A DNA stretch of 64,000 nt from Minisyncoccota bacterium (lineage in GTDB: Bacteria > Patescibacteriota > Minisyncoccia > Phycocordibacterales > JABMNX01). The notes under the pieces were generated by a model. The model worked only from the letters and a program-made list of their open reading frames with translations, had not been told where the DNA came from and did not search any database. Every line of letters begins with the position of its first letter. Position 1 is the first letter of the stretch. Location: assembly GCA_965222715.1 (NCBI GenBank), contig OZ244961.1:268609-332608 (forward strand). Direction: 5' to 3'. The translations under genes and the position numbers were made by a program. Below are positions 30,012-39,841 of the stretch, in pieces.

Positions 30012-30030
30012 CGAATGAAATAGGTAGTAT

Positions 30031-31164
30031 ATGATAAAGATAGTTTTTACAGGCGGCGGCAGTGGAGGGCATTTTTACCCTATAATTGCAGTTGCTCAAC
30101 AGATTGACCGTGTTGTTGAAGAAAAGAAACTTCTTCGGCCTAAAATGTACTATTTTGGGCCTAAACCCTTTGATGAGCGCGCACTACTTGAACTCGATAT
30201 TGAACATCGCTACAGTAGCGCAGGCAAGCTACGCAACTACCCATCCATTTGGAACTATATCGATATGATAAAGACTCTCTGGGGAGGGTTTTTAGCACTT
30301 ATGCAGCTCTTTATTATTTACCCAGATGTTGTCTTCAGTAAAGGTGGGTATGCTGCTTTTCCAACCGTACTTGCTGCGCGCATATTACGCATACCAGTAG
30401 TGGTACATGAGTCTGATGCAGTAATGGGACGCACAAACGCATGGACAGCAAAATTTGCATACAGTGTCGCTATTTCATACCCTTCTGTTGCAGAAGAAAT
30501 TGAGCATGATCGAGTTGCTCATACTGGACACCCGACTCGAGAGGAATTGTTTCGTCCAGTGAAAGAAGGTGTGTTTGAGTACCTTAACTTACGAGAAGAC
30601 ATTCCTGTTATTTTAGTGCTTGGCGGCTCTCAAGGTGCGCAGGTAATAAACAATACCCTTGTTGATGCGCTTGCAGAACTACTTCCTCACTATCAAATTA
30701 TCCATCAAGCAGGCGAGAAGCATGTTGACGAAGTAAAAGCTCGAACATCAGTCCTTCTACAAGACCTTCCTGATAAAAACAACTACCGGGTATTTGGTCT
30801 TCTCAATCCTCTTGCTCTTCGTATGTCTTATGGAGCAGCTGATTTAGTTATTTCACGAGCTGGCTCTGGTGGTATCTTTGAAACCGCCGCTATGGGGAAG
30901 CCGAGTATTATTATTCCTATTCCTAAAGATATATCGCGAGACCAAACAAAAAATGCATTTTCATACGCTCGATCAGGGGCTGCGATTGTAATTGAGCAAA
31001 ATAATCTTACACCACACCTTCTCTCAACAGAGATACAGCGACTCTTTAGTAACAAAGAAGAAATGCAGCGTATGGCCGAATCTGCAAAAAGTTTTGCTCG
31101 ACCTGACGCAGCAAAAACAATTGCAAACGAGTTGATTAGCATTGGTATTGAGCACGACTCATAG
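30031..31164 (+). CDS. murG: undecaprenyldiphospho-muramoylpentapeptide beta-N-acetylglucosaminyltransferase
   Basis: N-terminal FTGGGSGGHFYP. GT28 C-terminal domain. Confidence 0.9.
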   Translation: MIKIVFTGGGSGGHFYPIIAVAQQIDRVVEEKKLLRPKMYYFGPKPFDERALLELDIEHRYSSAGKLRNYPSIWNYIDMIKTLWGGFLALMQLFIIYPDVVFSKGGYAAFPTVLAARILRIPVVVHESDAVMGRTNAWTAKFAYSVAISYPSVAEEIEHDRVAHTGHPTREELFRPVKEGVFEYLNLREDIPVILVLGGSQGAQVINNTLVDALAELLPHYQIIHQAGEKHVDEVKARTSVLLQDLPDKNNYRVFGLLNPLALRMSYGAADLVISRAGSGGIFETAAMGKPSIIIPIPKDISRDQTKNAFSYARSGAAIVIEQNNLTPHLLSTEIQRLFSNKEEMQRMAESAKSFARPDAAKTIANELISIGIEHDS

Positions 31165-31166
31165 GT

Positions 31167-32582
31167 ATGGGAATTATTTCTACACTCAAAAGAATATTCA
31201 CTCGAGGTGTTAGTGGGAGAAAGGTGGTTACTCGCATTGCACCAAGCCCAACAGGGAAATTTCATTTTGGTACTGCCCGTTCAGCACTGTTTAATTTTTT
31301 AATTGCAAAAAAATACGGAGGCACATTTATCGTTCGTATTGAAGACACTGATAAAGAGCGAAGCACTAAAGAGAATGAGAAAGATATTCTTAGTGGTCTT
31401 GAGTGGCTGGGTATTACTGGTGACGCAACCTATAGGCAGTCAGAACGTGGTGACATATACACAACATATCTGAAGCGACTTGTTGACGAGGGAAGCGCAT
31501 ATATTTCTAAAGAAAAAAAGAAAGATAGGGAAGGTAACGAGTCTGACGAAATGGTAGAAGTTGTTCGCCTTAAAAATCCTGGTACAGATGTTACTTTTAC
31601 CGATCGTATACGTGGAGATATTACCTTTAATACTGAAGAATTAGGGGATTTTGTTATTGCGCGATCAGTTACTGAGCCACTCTACCACCTTGCAGTGGTA
31701 GTAGATGATTATGAAATGGGGGTTACGCACGTCATTCGCGGTGAAGACCATATCTCAAATACACCACGTCAAATACTTATTCAACGAGCGCTAAGCATAG
31801 CACAGCCTGAATATGCCCATATTCCACTCATTTTAGCCCCAGATCGCTCAAAAATGTCTAAACGTAAGGGTCATACTGGTCTAACTGAATATAGAGAAAA
31901 TGGATATCTTCCAGAAGCGCTTGTAAACTACCTAGCTTTTTTGGGTTGGAATCCAGGGACAGACAAGGAGGTATATACACTTAAAGAATTAATACACGAT
32001 TTCTCACTTAATGAAGTGCAGAAGGGTGGAGCAGTGTTTGATATCCAAAAATTAAATTGGTTTAACCGAGAGCACTTACGTATGCTTCCAAAAGAGAAGC
32101 TGCTCACACTTGTTACAGAAGCACTTCCTGAAAGAGTTACCACACTACCGCAATACTCATTAGAACGCCTCACACATGCGCTTGGTGTCATTACCGAACG
32201 CATAAGCACACTTCATGAACTCACTGATATATCTGAGAAAGGTGAATTTGATTATCTCTTTACGCACCCAACTCTTGAGACAGAGCTGACGTGGAAAAAA
32301 GATGAGCCGGCAACTACTCTAAACCATCTTGCTAAAGTTATTGAACTACTGACACCACTCTCTGAACATGAATTTACTCAAGGTGTTGTTAAAGAAATAG
32401 TATGGGAGTATGCATCAGAAAAGGGGAGAGGGTCAGTGTTGTGGCCGATGCGTGTTGCACTTTCAGGTAAGGAGAAATCACCTGATCCATTTGAAATTGC
32501 AGAAATTATTGGAAAGGAAGATACACTACATCGACTTTCTGCTGCTCACGCATCATTAGAGAAACATGGAACAAGTAAGTAA
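31167..32582 (+). CDS. gltX: glutamyl-tRNA synthetase
   Basis: RIAPSPTGKFHFG (HIGH region) and KMSKRKG. Confidence 0.93.
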   Translation: MGIISTLKRIFTRGVSGRKVVTRIAPSPTGKFHFGTARSALFNFLIAKKYGGTFIVRIEDTDKERSTKENEKDILSGLEWLGITGDATYRQSERGDIYTTYLKRLVDEGSAYISKEKKKDREGNESDEMVEVVRLKNPGTDVTFTDRIRGDITFNTEELGDFVIARSVTEPLYHLAVVVDDYEMGVTHVIRGEDHISNTPRQILIQRALSIAQPEYAHIPLILAPDRSKMSKRKGHTGLTEYRENGYLPEALVNYLAFLGWNPGTDKEVYTLKELIHDFSLNEVQKGGAVFDIQKLNWFNREHLRMLPKEKLLTLVTEALPERVTTLPQYSLERLTHALGVITERISTLHELTDISEKGEFDYLFTHPTLETELTWKKDEPATTLNHLAKVIELLTPLSEHEFTQGVVKEIVWEYASEKGRGSVLWPMRVALSGKEKSPDPFEIAEIIGKEDTLHRLSAAHASLEKHGTSK

Positions 32583-33933
32583 CAACTCACGTAATCACAA
32601 AAGAGTGCTCTGGGGAGTGTTTTGTACACTTGCTGTTTTCATACTACTTGGATTTCAAGTACACACTGTGTTTGGACAAAATATTGAAGAGTTAAAAAAA
32701 CAAATCAGTGACTACAATGCTCAGATAGCTGAACTTGAAAGAGAGATTGCTGAGTATGAAGGAGAACTTAATGTTATTGGTAGCGAAAAACGAACATTGC
32801 AGAATGCAGTGAATGAGTTAGACCTCTCTCGTCGAAAATTGCAGACAAGTATTCAACTCACTCAGAATCGTATTTATTCAACCACTCTTCAAATTGAAGA
32901 ATTGGGTGATGAGATTGTAGATAAACGAGATCGAATAGCAAATGATACACAGGCAGTTGCATCAGCAATTCGTCGTATCAATGAGATAGAATCGCAATCA
33001 ATGATCGAAGTATTATTGGGGCATGACGACCTCGATGAATTTTGGAATCAGCTTGAGTCATTACAGCGCTTTCAGCTTGTTGTCCGGGATGAATTAAAAA
33101 AACTAGTTGAACTTAAAGCAGAGCTTGAGAATACAAAAGTCTCTTCAGAAAGGAAGAAATCACAACTTGAGAACTACAACACAGAGCTTGCTGGGCAAAA
33201 GATAGTACTTGAAGAAAATCTTGATGAGCAGAAATATCTCTTAGGGGAAACCCGTGAACGTGAGTTTGAATACCAAAAACTACTTAATGAACGTATTGCT
33301 GCTCGTGAGCAATTTGAAAATGAGTTGCTTGAATTAGAGTCTGAGTTACGTATTGCAATTGATCCAAACAGTATTCCCCCAATTGGTTCGGGTATCTTAC
33401 GATGGCCGTTCTCGGACGAATACATGCAGCGATGTCCATCCTATGAAAGACACCTTGGTAATATTCATTGTCTGACACAGTACTTTGGTAACACGCCATT
33501 TGCTACTCAAAATCCGCAAGTATATAACGGCGGGGGACACAACGGTATTGATTTTCGTGCATCTGTAGGAACAAAGATACAGGCAGCACTTGGCGGTACT
33601 GTTGTTGAAACAGGGAACACGGACCTACAAAGAGGATGTTACTCGTATGGGAAATGGGTGCTTGTGCGGCATAACAATGGACTCTCGACACTATACGCCC
33701 ACCTATCACATATCTCAGTAAGTGCTGGGCAAAATGTTGCTACTGGCGAAGTGGTTGGTTTTAGTGGAAATACTGGATATTCAACTGGTCCACACCTTCA
33801 TTTTACTGTCTTTGCGACGCAAGGAGTTGAGGTAGTGCGCCTTGGTGATGTAAAGAAAATTACCAATTGTGGTAATGTTCGTATTCCTGTTGCGCCTCTT
33901 GATGCGTACCTTAATCCACTTTCATACCTTTAA
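32566..33933 (+). CDS. M23 peptidase with N-terminal coiled coil (EnvC-like)
   Basis: TM/signal, about 250 aa of coiled coil. LytM domain HNGIDFRA ... HLHFTVF. Confidence 0.8.
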   Translation: MEQVSNNSRNHKRVLWGVFCTLAVFILLGFQVHTVFGQNIEELKKQISDYNAQIAELEREIAEYEGELNVIGSEKRTLQNAVNELDLSRRKLQTSIQLTQNRIYSTTLQIEELGDEIVDKRDRIANDTQAVASAIRRINEIESQSMIEVLLGHDDLDEFWNQLESLQRFQLVVRDELKKLVELKAELENTKVSSERKKSQLENYNTELAGQKIVLEENLDEQKYLLGETREREFEYQKLLNERIAAREQFENELLELESELRIAIDPNSIPPIGSGILRWPFSDEYMQRCPSYERHLGNIHCLTQYFGNTPFATQNPQVYNGGGHNGIDFRASVGTKIQAALGGTVVETGNTDLQRGCYSYGKWVLVRHNNGLSTLYAHLSHISVSAGQNVATGEVVGFSGNTGYSTGPHLHFTVFATQGVEVVRLGDVKKITNCGNVRIPVAPLDAYLNPLSYL

Positions 33934-34016
33934 GAGCTGTTGATAAAAACCTAGCTTTTATCCTTTTTGCGTTATAATTATACAAAGGTCGATTTTCAAT
34001 CTAAGTAACAAAAAAC

Positions 34017-34415
34017 ATGCTAAAAAATCTTGCAATGGTATTCGGAGTCGTATTCCTTCTTATTGGTGTTCTTGGTTTCGTACCAGGAGTAACCAATGAC
34101 GGAATGCTTCTCGGAATCTTTGAAGTAGATGCTGTACACAATGTCATCCACCTCCTTACTGGTATTCTTGCAATTCTTGCAGGGATGAAAGGAATGGCAA
34201 AGCTATATTTCAAGGTGTTCGGTGTTGTCTATGCACTCGTAACAATTCTTGGATTCGTAGCGGGTGGAAATATTCTTGGTCTTATTCAAACAAATATGGC
34301 TGATGACATTCTTCACCTTGTAATTGCAGTTGTTGCACTCTACGCTGGTTTTGTGATGAAAGATGATTCTGACCACGGAATGCAGCAAAGTGCTGATATG
34401 CCTCAGCAGCAATAA
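34017..34415 (+). CDS. DUF4383-like small membrane protein
   Basis: Two internally repeated hydrophobic halves (LGFVPG.., ILGFVAG..) with conserved D/H. Terminator follows. Confidence 0.45.
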   Translation: MLKNLAMVFGVVFLLIGVLGFVPGVTNDGMLLGIFEVDAVHNVIHLLTGILAILAGMKGMAKLYFKVFGVVYALVTILGFVAGGNILGLIQTNMADDILHLVIAVVALYAGFVMKDDSDHGMQQSADMPQQQ

Positions 34416-34440
34416 GCTTTAATTTGAGAAGTTAACAAAA

Positions 34441-34467
34441 GACACCTCTTCTATGGGGTGTTTTTTG
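34441..34467 (+). terminator. rho-independent terminator
   Basis: GACACC...GGTGTTTTTTG. Confidence 0.55.
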
Positions 34468-34513
34468 TATAAAAAGAAAAAGCCCTCGCGAAGAGAGCTT
34501 CTTGTGACAGGGG

Positions 34514-34747
34514 TTAGGGTTGTTTCTTCTGAAGAGTCTCATTGATTTTTTCCAGCTGTTTTGCAATCAGCATTAAACCAGTCCAGAGCAGCATACACGC
34601 ACTGGATGCTAGTATAATAATGCCCAGCAGAGCAACGTTCTCGTGGTTGGTGTAAAACGCTGCAAAAGTTCCAATGCTCAGAAGAAGAAGTCCTGAGACA
34701 GAGATTTTCCCAGTCTCTGAGATTTTTGAACGATCTTTGGAATCCAT
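34514..34747 (-). CDS. hypothetical small membrane protein (2 TM)
   Basis: Internal start MDSKDRSKISE chosen over the long N-terminal extension. Hydrophobic core. Confidence 0.35.
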   Translation of the reverse strand: MDSKDRSKISETGKISVSGLLLLSIGTFAAFYTNHENVALLGIIILASSACMLLWTGLMLIAKQLEKINETLQKKQP

Positions 34748-34854
34748 GTCCTTGTTCCTTCTAGGGTTTGGACTATTTTGATTTTCTATCAAAAAGAATT
34801 GGATTTTGTATCCACGAATAATTATATTATAAATTAATTTATTTGTCAATACCT

Positions 34855-34881
34855 AAAAAGAACCCCGCCTCTAGGGCGGGG
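34855..34881 (-). terminator. rho-independent terminator of the Usg-like gene
   Basis: CCCCGCC-tctag-GGCGGGG with A-run on +, which is a T-run on the - strand. Confidence 0.6.
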
Positions 34882-34894
34882 ATGTTTCTTGTTG

Positions 34895-35170
34895 TTATTT
34901 AATGAGCGCGTCTGCAACCCTGATTTCTTTTTGTTCACCGATACCTGGATACGCATAGGAAACCTTCACCAAAGGTCCGTCTATGTGTAACTCCCAGAAC
35001 TTGAGAAATTCCCACAAACGGGGGAGTTCAGGAACTCGGTCGTACTCTTGCCAGATAAATTCCTGAACAAGGGAAGGGAAATCTGGCAACTGGTAAAGTA
35101 TCTCACTGGTAACCAGTCGTGTGGTAATGCCGCGTATTTCGAGCGGTGTACTACCTATTGTCCGAGGCAT
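34895..35170 (-). CDS. Usg-family protein (PF06233-like)
   Basis: TSEILYQLPDFPSLVQEFIWQEYDRVPELPRLWEFLKFWELHIDGPLVKV matches the Usg pattern as I recall it (TTAEILY.PD.P.LLQ.F.WQ.YD..P.FP.L..FL.FW...I.GPL). GC somewhat above background. Confidence 0.5.
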   Translation of the reverse strand: MPRTIGSTPLEIRGITTRLVTSEILYQLPDFPSLVQEFIWQEYDRVPELPRLWEFLKFWELHIDGPLVKVSYAYPGIGEQKEIRVADALIK

Positions 35171-35303
35171 TTTTTCCTCCGTTACTGGCTGCTCTAATAC
35201 AAACTATATATAAAAAATCTTTACAGAGCAATTTTATGAAAAAGTGAAAAGAAAAAGCCCCCATGTTGTAGATTTGGGGACTCAGGTGCTGGTGAACAGT
35301 TTT

Positions 35304-35501
35304 TTAGGAACCCTTGATTTGTTTTCCAAACCATATGAAAGTTCCGCCAATGAGGTTCCGTAGTTGTTTGAAACCCCACTTATTGAGCCGTCCGGCCAGT
35401 TTTGGGCCACCCAGAATCACAGCAAAGCCGTTCGCCATAATCCAGGAAGCTAGAACGAGACCGGAAATCAACTCCATTGAGTTTAGTGTTGAAAGGTCCA
35501 T
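35304..35501 (-). CDS. hypothetical small membrane protein (65 aa)
   Basis: Two hydrophobic segments. No motif. Weak. Confidence 0.3.
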   Translation of the reverse strand: MDLSTLNSMELISGLVLASWIMANGFAVILGGPKLAGRLNKWGFKQLRNLIGGTFIWFGKQIKGS

Positions 35502-35796
35502 GACTACACCTCCACTTTCTAAATATTATTTAATCATAAATTATATAAAATGTCAATACACTAAAAACTAAATTACTAAGCAGGCGAGGGGAGTACAATG
35601 CCGATTGTACGACGTGTGGGGGTATATCAATTGACCACCAAAGATTATTTTGCTACTGTTTAAATAATTAAATATGAAAAACATTAAGTCCTAAGCGAGG
35701 TTTCGACTATCCACACAGGGGTTGTTTTTCTATTACTTTTTATGTAAAATGAATGTATGGGCTTTGCCCCTGGGTCCGCGTAGCGGGCCGACAAGA

Positions 35797-35828
35797 ACCC
35801 CCAGGATTTCCTGGGGATCTTGTTTTTA
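35797..35828. terminator. GC hairpin plus T-run (bidirectional terminator) downstream of the DUF3800 gene
   Basis: CCCCCAGG-attt-CCTGGGG then ATCTTGTTTTTAT. A second GC hairpin (GGTCCGCGTAGCGGGCC) lies just upstream. Confidence 0.5.
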
Positions 35829-35831
35829 TAT

Positions 35832-36653
35832 TTAATCTTCAAAGCAACTATACTTTACTCCACAAGATTTGAGTTTTTCCTTAGGAATCAATGCATCAAT
35901 AATTAATTTTTTATTTAAGAGAGTTTGGTAGGGCGGATAATTTGGATAGTAGCCACCACGAACCATTGGGTATAAATATAAATCAGCAATTTGTAGTAGT
36001 GGAGATTTCTTTTCTTGCCTTTTTGGCTCTCCTATGACAAATTCTTTAAATACTTTAGATTCTAATTTGTTATATTTTTTAGAATTATTTTCGTCAAAAG
36101 GCATGCCTTTCTTTTTTAGTTCTCTTGCATATTCAATTAGAGCAAGATCTTCTCTTTTACCAGATTTTTCAAACTTTACCTTTAATTTACATTTCTTACT
36201 TAAAACATAACGCGCGGATCTCTCTATTAGGATTGAATACGCTGTTTTACATAACCACCAACGTTTTTTGCCATACTTATCCTCATAACGTTTATTATAT
36301 CCAGGACGGTCAACCACGGCGGCAAAACCAATAACAGGTATATTGGTTAAAAAATCCTCTAAATCTTTTAAAAAAAGTTCATTTATTTCTTCATTAACAA
36401 GCCATGCAAAGTGATTCCTTTTACCACGTATTTCTGTAGAGTGTAGTGGATAGGTAATGCGCCACTTTTTACATAATTCTTTATATTTATTTATAACAAA
36501 ATCACGATCACTATCTTTTATCAAAATTCCTCCAAGGGCAAAATGATCTAGACCATCATCCCGAACAGGGGATTGCTGTTTATCAGGGAAGCGTAAACCT
36601 GAGTCGTCTATATACAAATGATATACATCATCGTCTAATATTTTTGTTGACAT
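35832..36653 (-). CDS. DUF3800 family protein (predicted RNase H-like fold, function unknown)
   Basis: N-terminal YIDDSG and C-terminal LLQIADLYLY match DUF3800 landmarks. Embedded in an approximately 25% GC islet. Confidence 0.6.
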   Translation of the reverse strand: MSTKILDDDVYHLYIDDSGLRFPDKQQSPVRDDGLDHFALGGILIKDSDRDFVINKYKELCKKWRITYPLHSTEIRGKRNHFAWLVNEEINELFLKDLEDFLTNIPVIGFAAVVDRPGYNKRYEDKYGKKRWWLCKTAYSILIERSARYVLSKKCKLKVKFEKSGKREDLALIEYARELKKKGMPFDENNSKKYNKLESKVFKEFVIGEPKRQEKKSPLLQIADLYLYPMVRGGYYPNYPPYQTLLNKKLIIDALIPKEKLKSCGVKYSCFED

Positions 36654-36769
36654 AGATAATTCTATATTTTTCTATCTTAACCTATAAATAAGCTAGTGTA
36701 TAAAAAATATAATGAAATAGGGGATAACTATCTTGTATATATTTATTAAATAGGAATATATTATTAATA

Positions 36770-37027
36770 ATGGTCTTCGGTCAATCAAAATGTCCCCATT
36801 GTAATAGTTTTCAATGGGAACTATCAACAGAATCGCCCCATGGCTCTAACTTTAAAATAAACTTTATTCGATGTGCCTCATGTAAGGCACCTGTGGGAGT
36901 TGTTAGCTATTATGATACACATTCTCAACTAAAAAGTATTGAGAGGCAGATTTCTAATATCAAAAGTTCACTCATGCATACATTAGTAACTATTGATGAG
37001 AATATCCGTCGTCTGTTCCATAAGTAA
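36770..37027 (+). CDS. small zinc-ribbon protein (85 aa)
   Basis: CPHC...x24...CASC four-Cys arrangement. Divergent from the DUF3800 gene across a 116-bp AT-rich spacer. Confidence 0.45.
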   Translation: MVFGQSKCPHCNSFQWELSTESPHGSNFKINFIRCASCKAPVGVVSYYDTHSQLKSIERQISNIKSSLMHTLVTIDENIRRLFHK

Positions 37028-37223
37028 TTGGTGGTTTTTTATACTTATTTAGGTATTCTAAACCTTTTTTTGTTAATGACTTATCTTTTCCAAGCCACTT
37101 TTTACCCTTACCATTTTTACGCAAAAGATATATTGTGCGACGTATAGATACTCTGGAATATACACTATAAACCTCTTCTCCCCCCACAATAATGCTATAT
37201 ACTAAAGGTTGTAGTATTAACAT
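36990..37223 (-). CDS. hypothetical small protein, possible winged-helix
   Basis: C-terminal VSIRRTIYLLRKNGKGKKWLGKDKSLTKKGLEYL. Overlaps the 3' end of the Zn-ribbon gene by 38 nt. Start uncertain. Weak. Confidence 0.25.
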   Translation of the reverse strand: MLILQPLVYSIIVGGEEVYSVYSRVSIRRTIYLLRKNGKGKKWLGKDKSLTKKGLEYLNKYKKPPITYGTDDGYSHQ

Positions 37224-37245
37224 TACTAATAAACAAAAAAGATAT

Positions 37246-37635
37246 ATGAAAATGTCTACAGCGTTACTTCCATGGGCTCCGCTTATTGCGCGAATTCTTG
37301 TTGGAGGTATGTTTTTAATGTCTGGTATCAATAAGTTAACTGACTTTGCTAATACCGTTCAATTTGCTCAATCAGTAGGCCTCCCTTCCCCTGAACTTGC
37401 TATTATAATTGCAATTGTGGCAGAGGTACTTGGAGGTCTTTCTGTACTTCTTGGATACCGAATTTTCTGGGGTGGATTAATATTAGTACTCTTTACTGTA
37501 GCTACATCAGTTATTTTCCACGCAGATTTTGGAGATCAAATACAAATGATTCTATTTACTAAAAATATGGGTATTGTTGCAGCACTCCTCTACATGATGC
37601 GATTTGGTTCAGGCAAACTTTCTATTGAAAAATAG
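37246..37635 (+). CDS. DoxX-family membrane protein
   Basis: ARILVGGMFLMSGINKL and four TM helices. ATG at 37246. Confidence 0.7.
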   Translation: MKMSTALLPWAPLIARILVGGMFLMSGINKLTDFANTVQFAQSVGLPSPELAIIIAIVAEVLGGLSVLLGYRIFWGGLILVLFTVATSVIFHADFGDQIQMILFTKNMGIVAALLYMMRFGSGKLSIEK

Positions 37636-37652
37636 TACAAGTTTCTGATAAC

Positions 37653-37682
37653 AAAAAACCACCTCATAAAGGTGGTTTTTTG
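37653..37682. terminator. bidirectional rho-independent terminator
   Basis: AAAAAACCACC-tcataaa-GGTGGTTTTTTG between convergent genes. Confidence 0.65.
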
Positions 37683-37688
37683 TTATGG

Positions 37689-38096
37689 TTACCGTGCAAA
37701 CGCTAGCGTTGCAGGTTCCCAACATTTCTTAGAGTATTTCCAGGGCTCAAGTCCCATCTTCTCGTACAATGCCCGAGCGTACTCAAGGTTGCCCTCAAGT
37801 GTGTAGAGATTAATCTCTTTTTCGAGCGCTGTATCAAGGTGGTAATCCTCGTTAATCTGCATCACCCCAACATCACGACGGTTTTCCTTACCACGAAGGA
37901 CGTTTCCTTCTTTGTCGTAGTGTCTAAAGTGAGATTCACAACGAGCGACTTCAGCAAGTTCTGGAATATCTGAGAAGTAGATGCGTACGTATTGTTCTAC
38001 ATACACAGGTGTCCGCGTTACCTCCCCTACTTTCTTCTGTACTGAGACAGGATCAGCAGTAGCGGTTAACGCAAGAGCAAGTAAAGTAAATATCAT
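37689..38096 (-). CDS. secreted lysozyme-like / lytic transglycosylase family protein
   Basis: Signal peptide MIFTLLALALTATA. ARCESHF (catalytic Glu context) and DVGVMQIN, as in lysozyme-like/SLT domains. Confidence 0.55.
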   Translation of the reverse strand: MIFTLLALALTATADPVSVQKKVGEVTRTPVYVEQYVRIYFSDIPELAEVARCESHFRHYDKEGNVLRGKENRRDVGVMQINEDYHLDTALEKEINLYTLEGNLEYARALYEKMGLEPWKYSKKCWEPATLAFAR

Positions 38097-38409
38097 ACAT
38101 GAGGTGTAACTAGTCTCGCAAAGCGCTACTAGAACACCTTAGTTAGTTGATAAATGCTAATGTTTAAGAGCAAAATAAAAATCCGGCAATACACCGAATC
38201 ACTTTAATATTTTAACACATTGAAATATTCTGTCAATACCAGACAATGCTTTTGTATACTTGTACAGAGGTACTTTAAAATGGCTCTATAGAGCCATTAT
38301 TTAAAAGTATTAATAATAGTAAAGACAGTACTTACAAAGCCGGTTAACAGAGCGAGATTTTGTTTATTGTGATACCAGCGCTGATGAGATGCTTTTGACA
38401 TACTTCTTT

Positions 38410-39138
38410 TTATACACAAACCTGGTCGATAATAGTATTGTACGCTTCATCTACAGAATCAACGACAGTAAATATGTTTATATCTTCCGGTGATATTGTT
38501 TCGTACTTACTTATAAGATCTTTTTTAAACCATTCGACAAGCGGTGACCAATACTCTTTTCCAACGAGAACCATAGGAATTGGTTCGATTTTCTTGGTTT
38601 GTACCAATGTCGCAATTTCAAAAAATTCATCAAGGGTACCGAACCCTCCTGGGAAGTAAATGTAGACCTCAGAGGCAAAAGTGAGCATCACCTTCCGGCT
38701 AAAGAAATAGTGGAAGTTTTGGTTGTCAGTAGTGTATTCGTTTGTTGATTGCTCAAATGGAAGATTAATATTAATACCTACTGAATCCCCTCCTGCTTCA
38801 TGAGCACCTTTGTTTGCTGCTTCCATAACCCCAGCTGCGCCACCGGTGATAATTGCAAATCCTGATCGTGAAAGTTTGTACGCAAGCTCAGATGCTTGTT
38901 TATAGATATCACTATCAAGAGAACATCGAGCAGAGCCAAAAAATGTTGCTGCAAGATCATATTTTTGAAGTAATTCAAATCCTTCAGTAAATTCAGCTGC
39001 AATACGTCCAACTCGTTCAGGGATCGACTCATCATCATTCCCGTTATGAGGAAACTTTTGTCGATTTACTTTACACACACGGACTTCTGAATCCCCGTTT
39101 TTATGTAGTGTTACTTTTTTTGCTGCATCTTTGTCCAT
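38410..39138 (-). CDS. LOG-family (TIGR00730) nucleotide 5'-monophosphate nucleosidase-like protein
   Basis: GGAAGVMEAANKGA, PGGFGTLDEFFE and MVLVG motifs. Internal start MDKDAAKK at 39138 chosen. Confidence 0.8.
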   Translation of the reverse strand: MDKDAAKKVTLHKNGDSEVRVCKVNRQKFPHNGNDDESIPERVGRIAAEFTEGFELLQKYDLAATFFGSARCSLDSDIYKQASELAYKLSRSGFAIITGGAAGVMEAANKGAHEAGGDSVGININLPFEQSTNEYTTDNQNFHYFFSRKVMLTFASEVYIYFPGGFGTLDEFFEIATLVQTKKIEPIPMVLVGKEYWSPLVEWFKKDLISKYETISPEDINIFTVVDSVDEAYNTIIDQVCV

Positions 39139-39154
39139 ATTTCTATAGTGTATC

Positions 39155-39757
39155 TTATTTCTTCCCTTCTGCCATCCAGGGTATATCAAATGCTTCAAAT
39201 TGAGGTAACAGCTTTTTATCATATAGTAGCCGTGAAATAACCTCAGCGTGTGAAAGTGCTCCAGTAAGGGCATTATGTGGACTTGGCTCATCTGGAATAC
39301 CAACATAGTTAAGTACCGCATCTAGATCAAGTGCTGAGCGGTGTTTTGCAATGGGTATATTCTTCCCTCTCTTCACAATATGCATCCACGCAAGCGTGTG
39401 GGTATCAACAGTCCGATATGCGAGTTGCCAATCAAGCCCAGCTCGCTCAGCTGCAGCTTTTACAAAGTCACGATCAAATGAAACATTTTGTCCAGCAAGT
39501 GTACGATCCTCTACATCATTTGCCCATGCAAGAAACGCTCTTACCACCTCGCTCTCGGTCTTCTTAGATGGATCGGTAATCTCTGCCTCAGTAAAACCGT
39601 TTACTTCAAGCGCTCCGTCCATAATATGCGCACCATCCCAAATACGACATTCGTCATAGAATTGGTTGTTGGGGTTATCAAAATCAAGTGCCCCAATTGA
39701 GACAATAGAGTGTTTGTGGTATTCGGTTCCTGAAGCTTCAACGTCGAGGACTATCAT
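39155..39757 (-). CDS. DEDDh-family 3'-5' exonuclease (DnaQ-like)
   Basis: Exo I VLDVEASG, Exo II SFDRDF, Exo III HNALTGALSHAEV. Confidence 0.7.
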   Translation of the reverse strand: MIVLDVEASGTEYHKHSIVSIGALDFDNPNNQFYDECRIWDGAHIMDGALEVNGFTEAEITDPSKKTESEVVRAFLAWANDVEDRTLAGQNVSFDRDFVKAAAERAGLDWQLAYRTVDTHTLAWMHIVKRGKNIPIAKHRSALDLDAVLNYVGIPDEPSPHNALTGALSHAEVISRLLYDKKLLPQFEAFDIPWMAEGKK

Positions 39758-39841
39758 ATATTAAATAAACTTTAAAGTATTATACGTAGTATAACAACAA
39801 GGCGCCACCTGTTCTAAAAACAAGGTGACGCCTTTCTCTTA

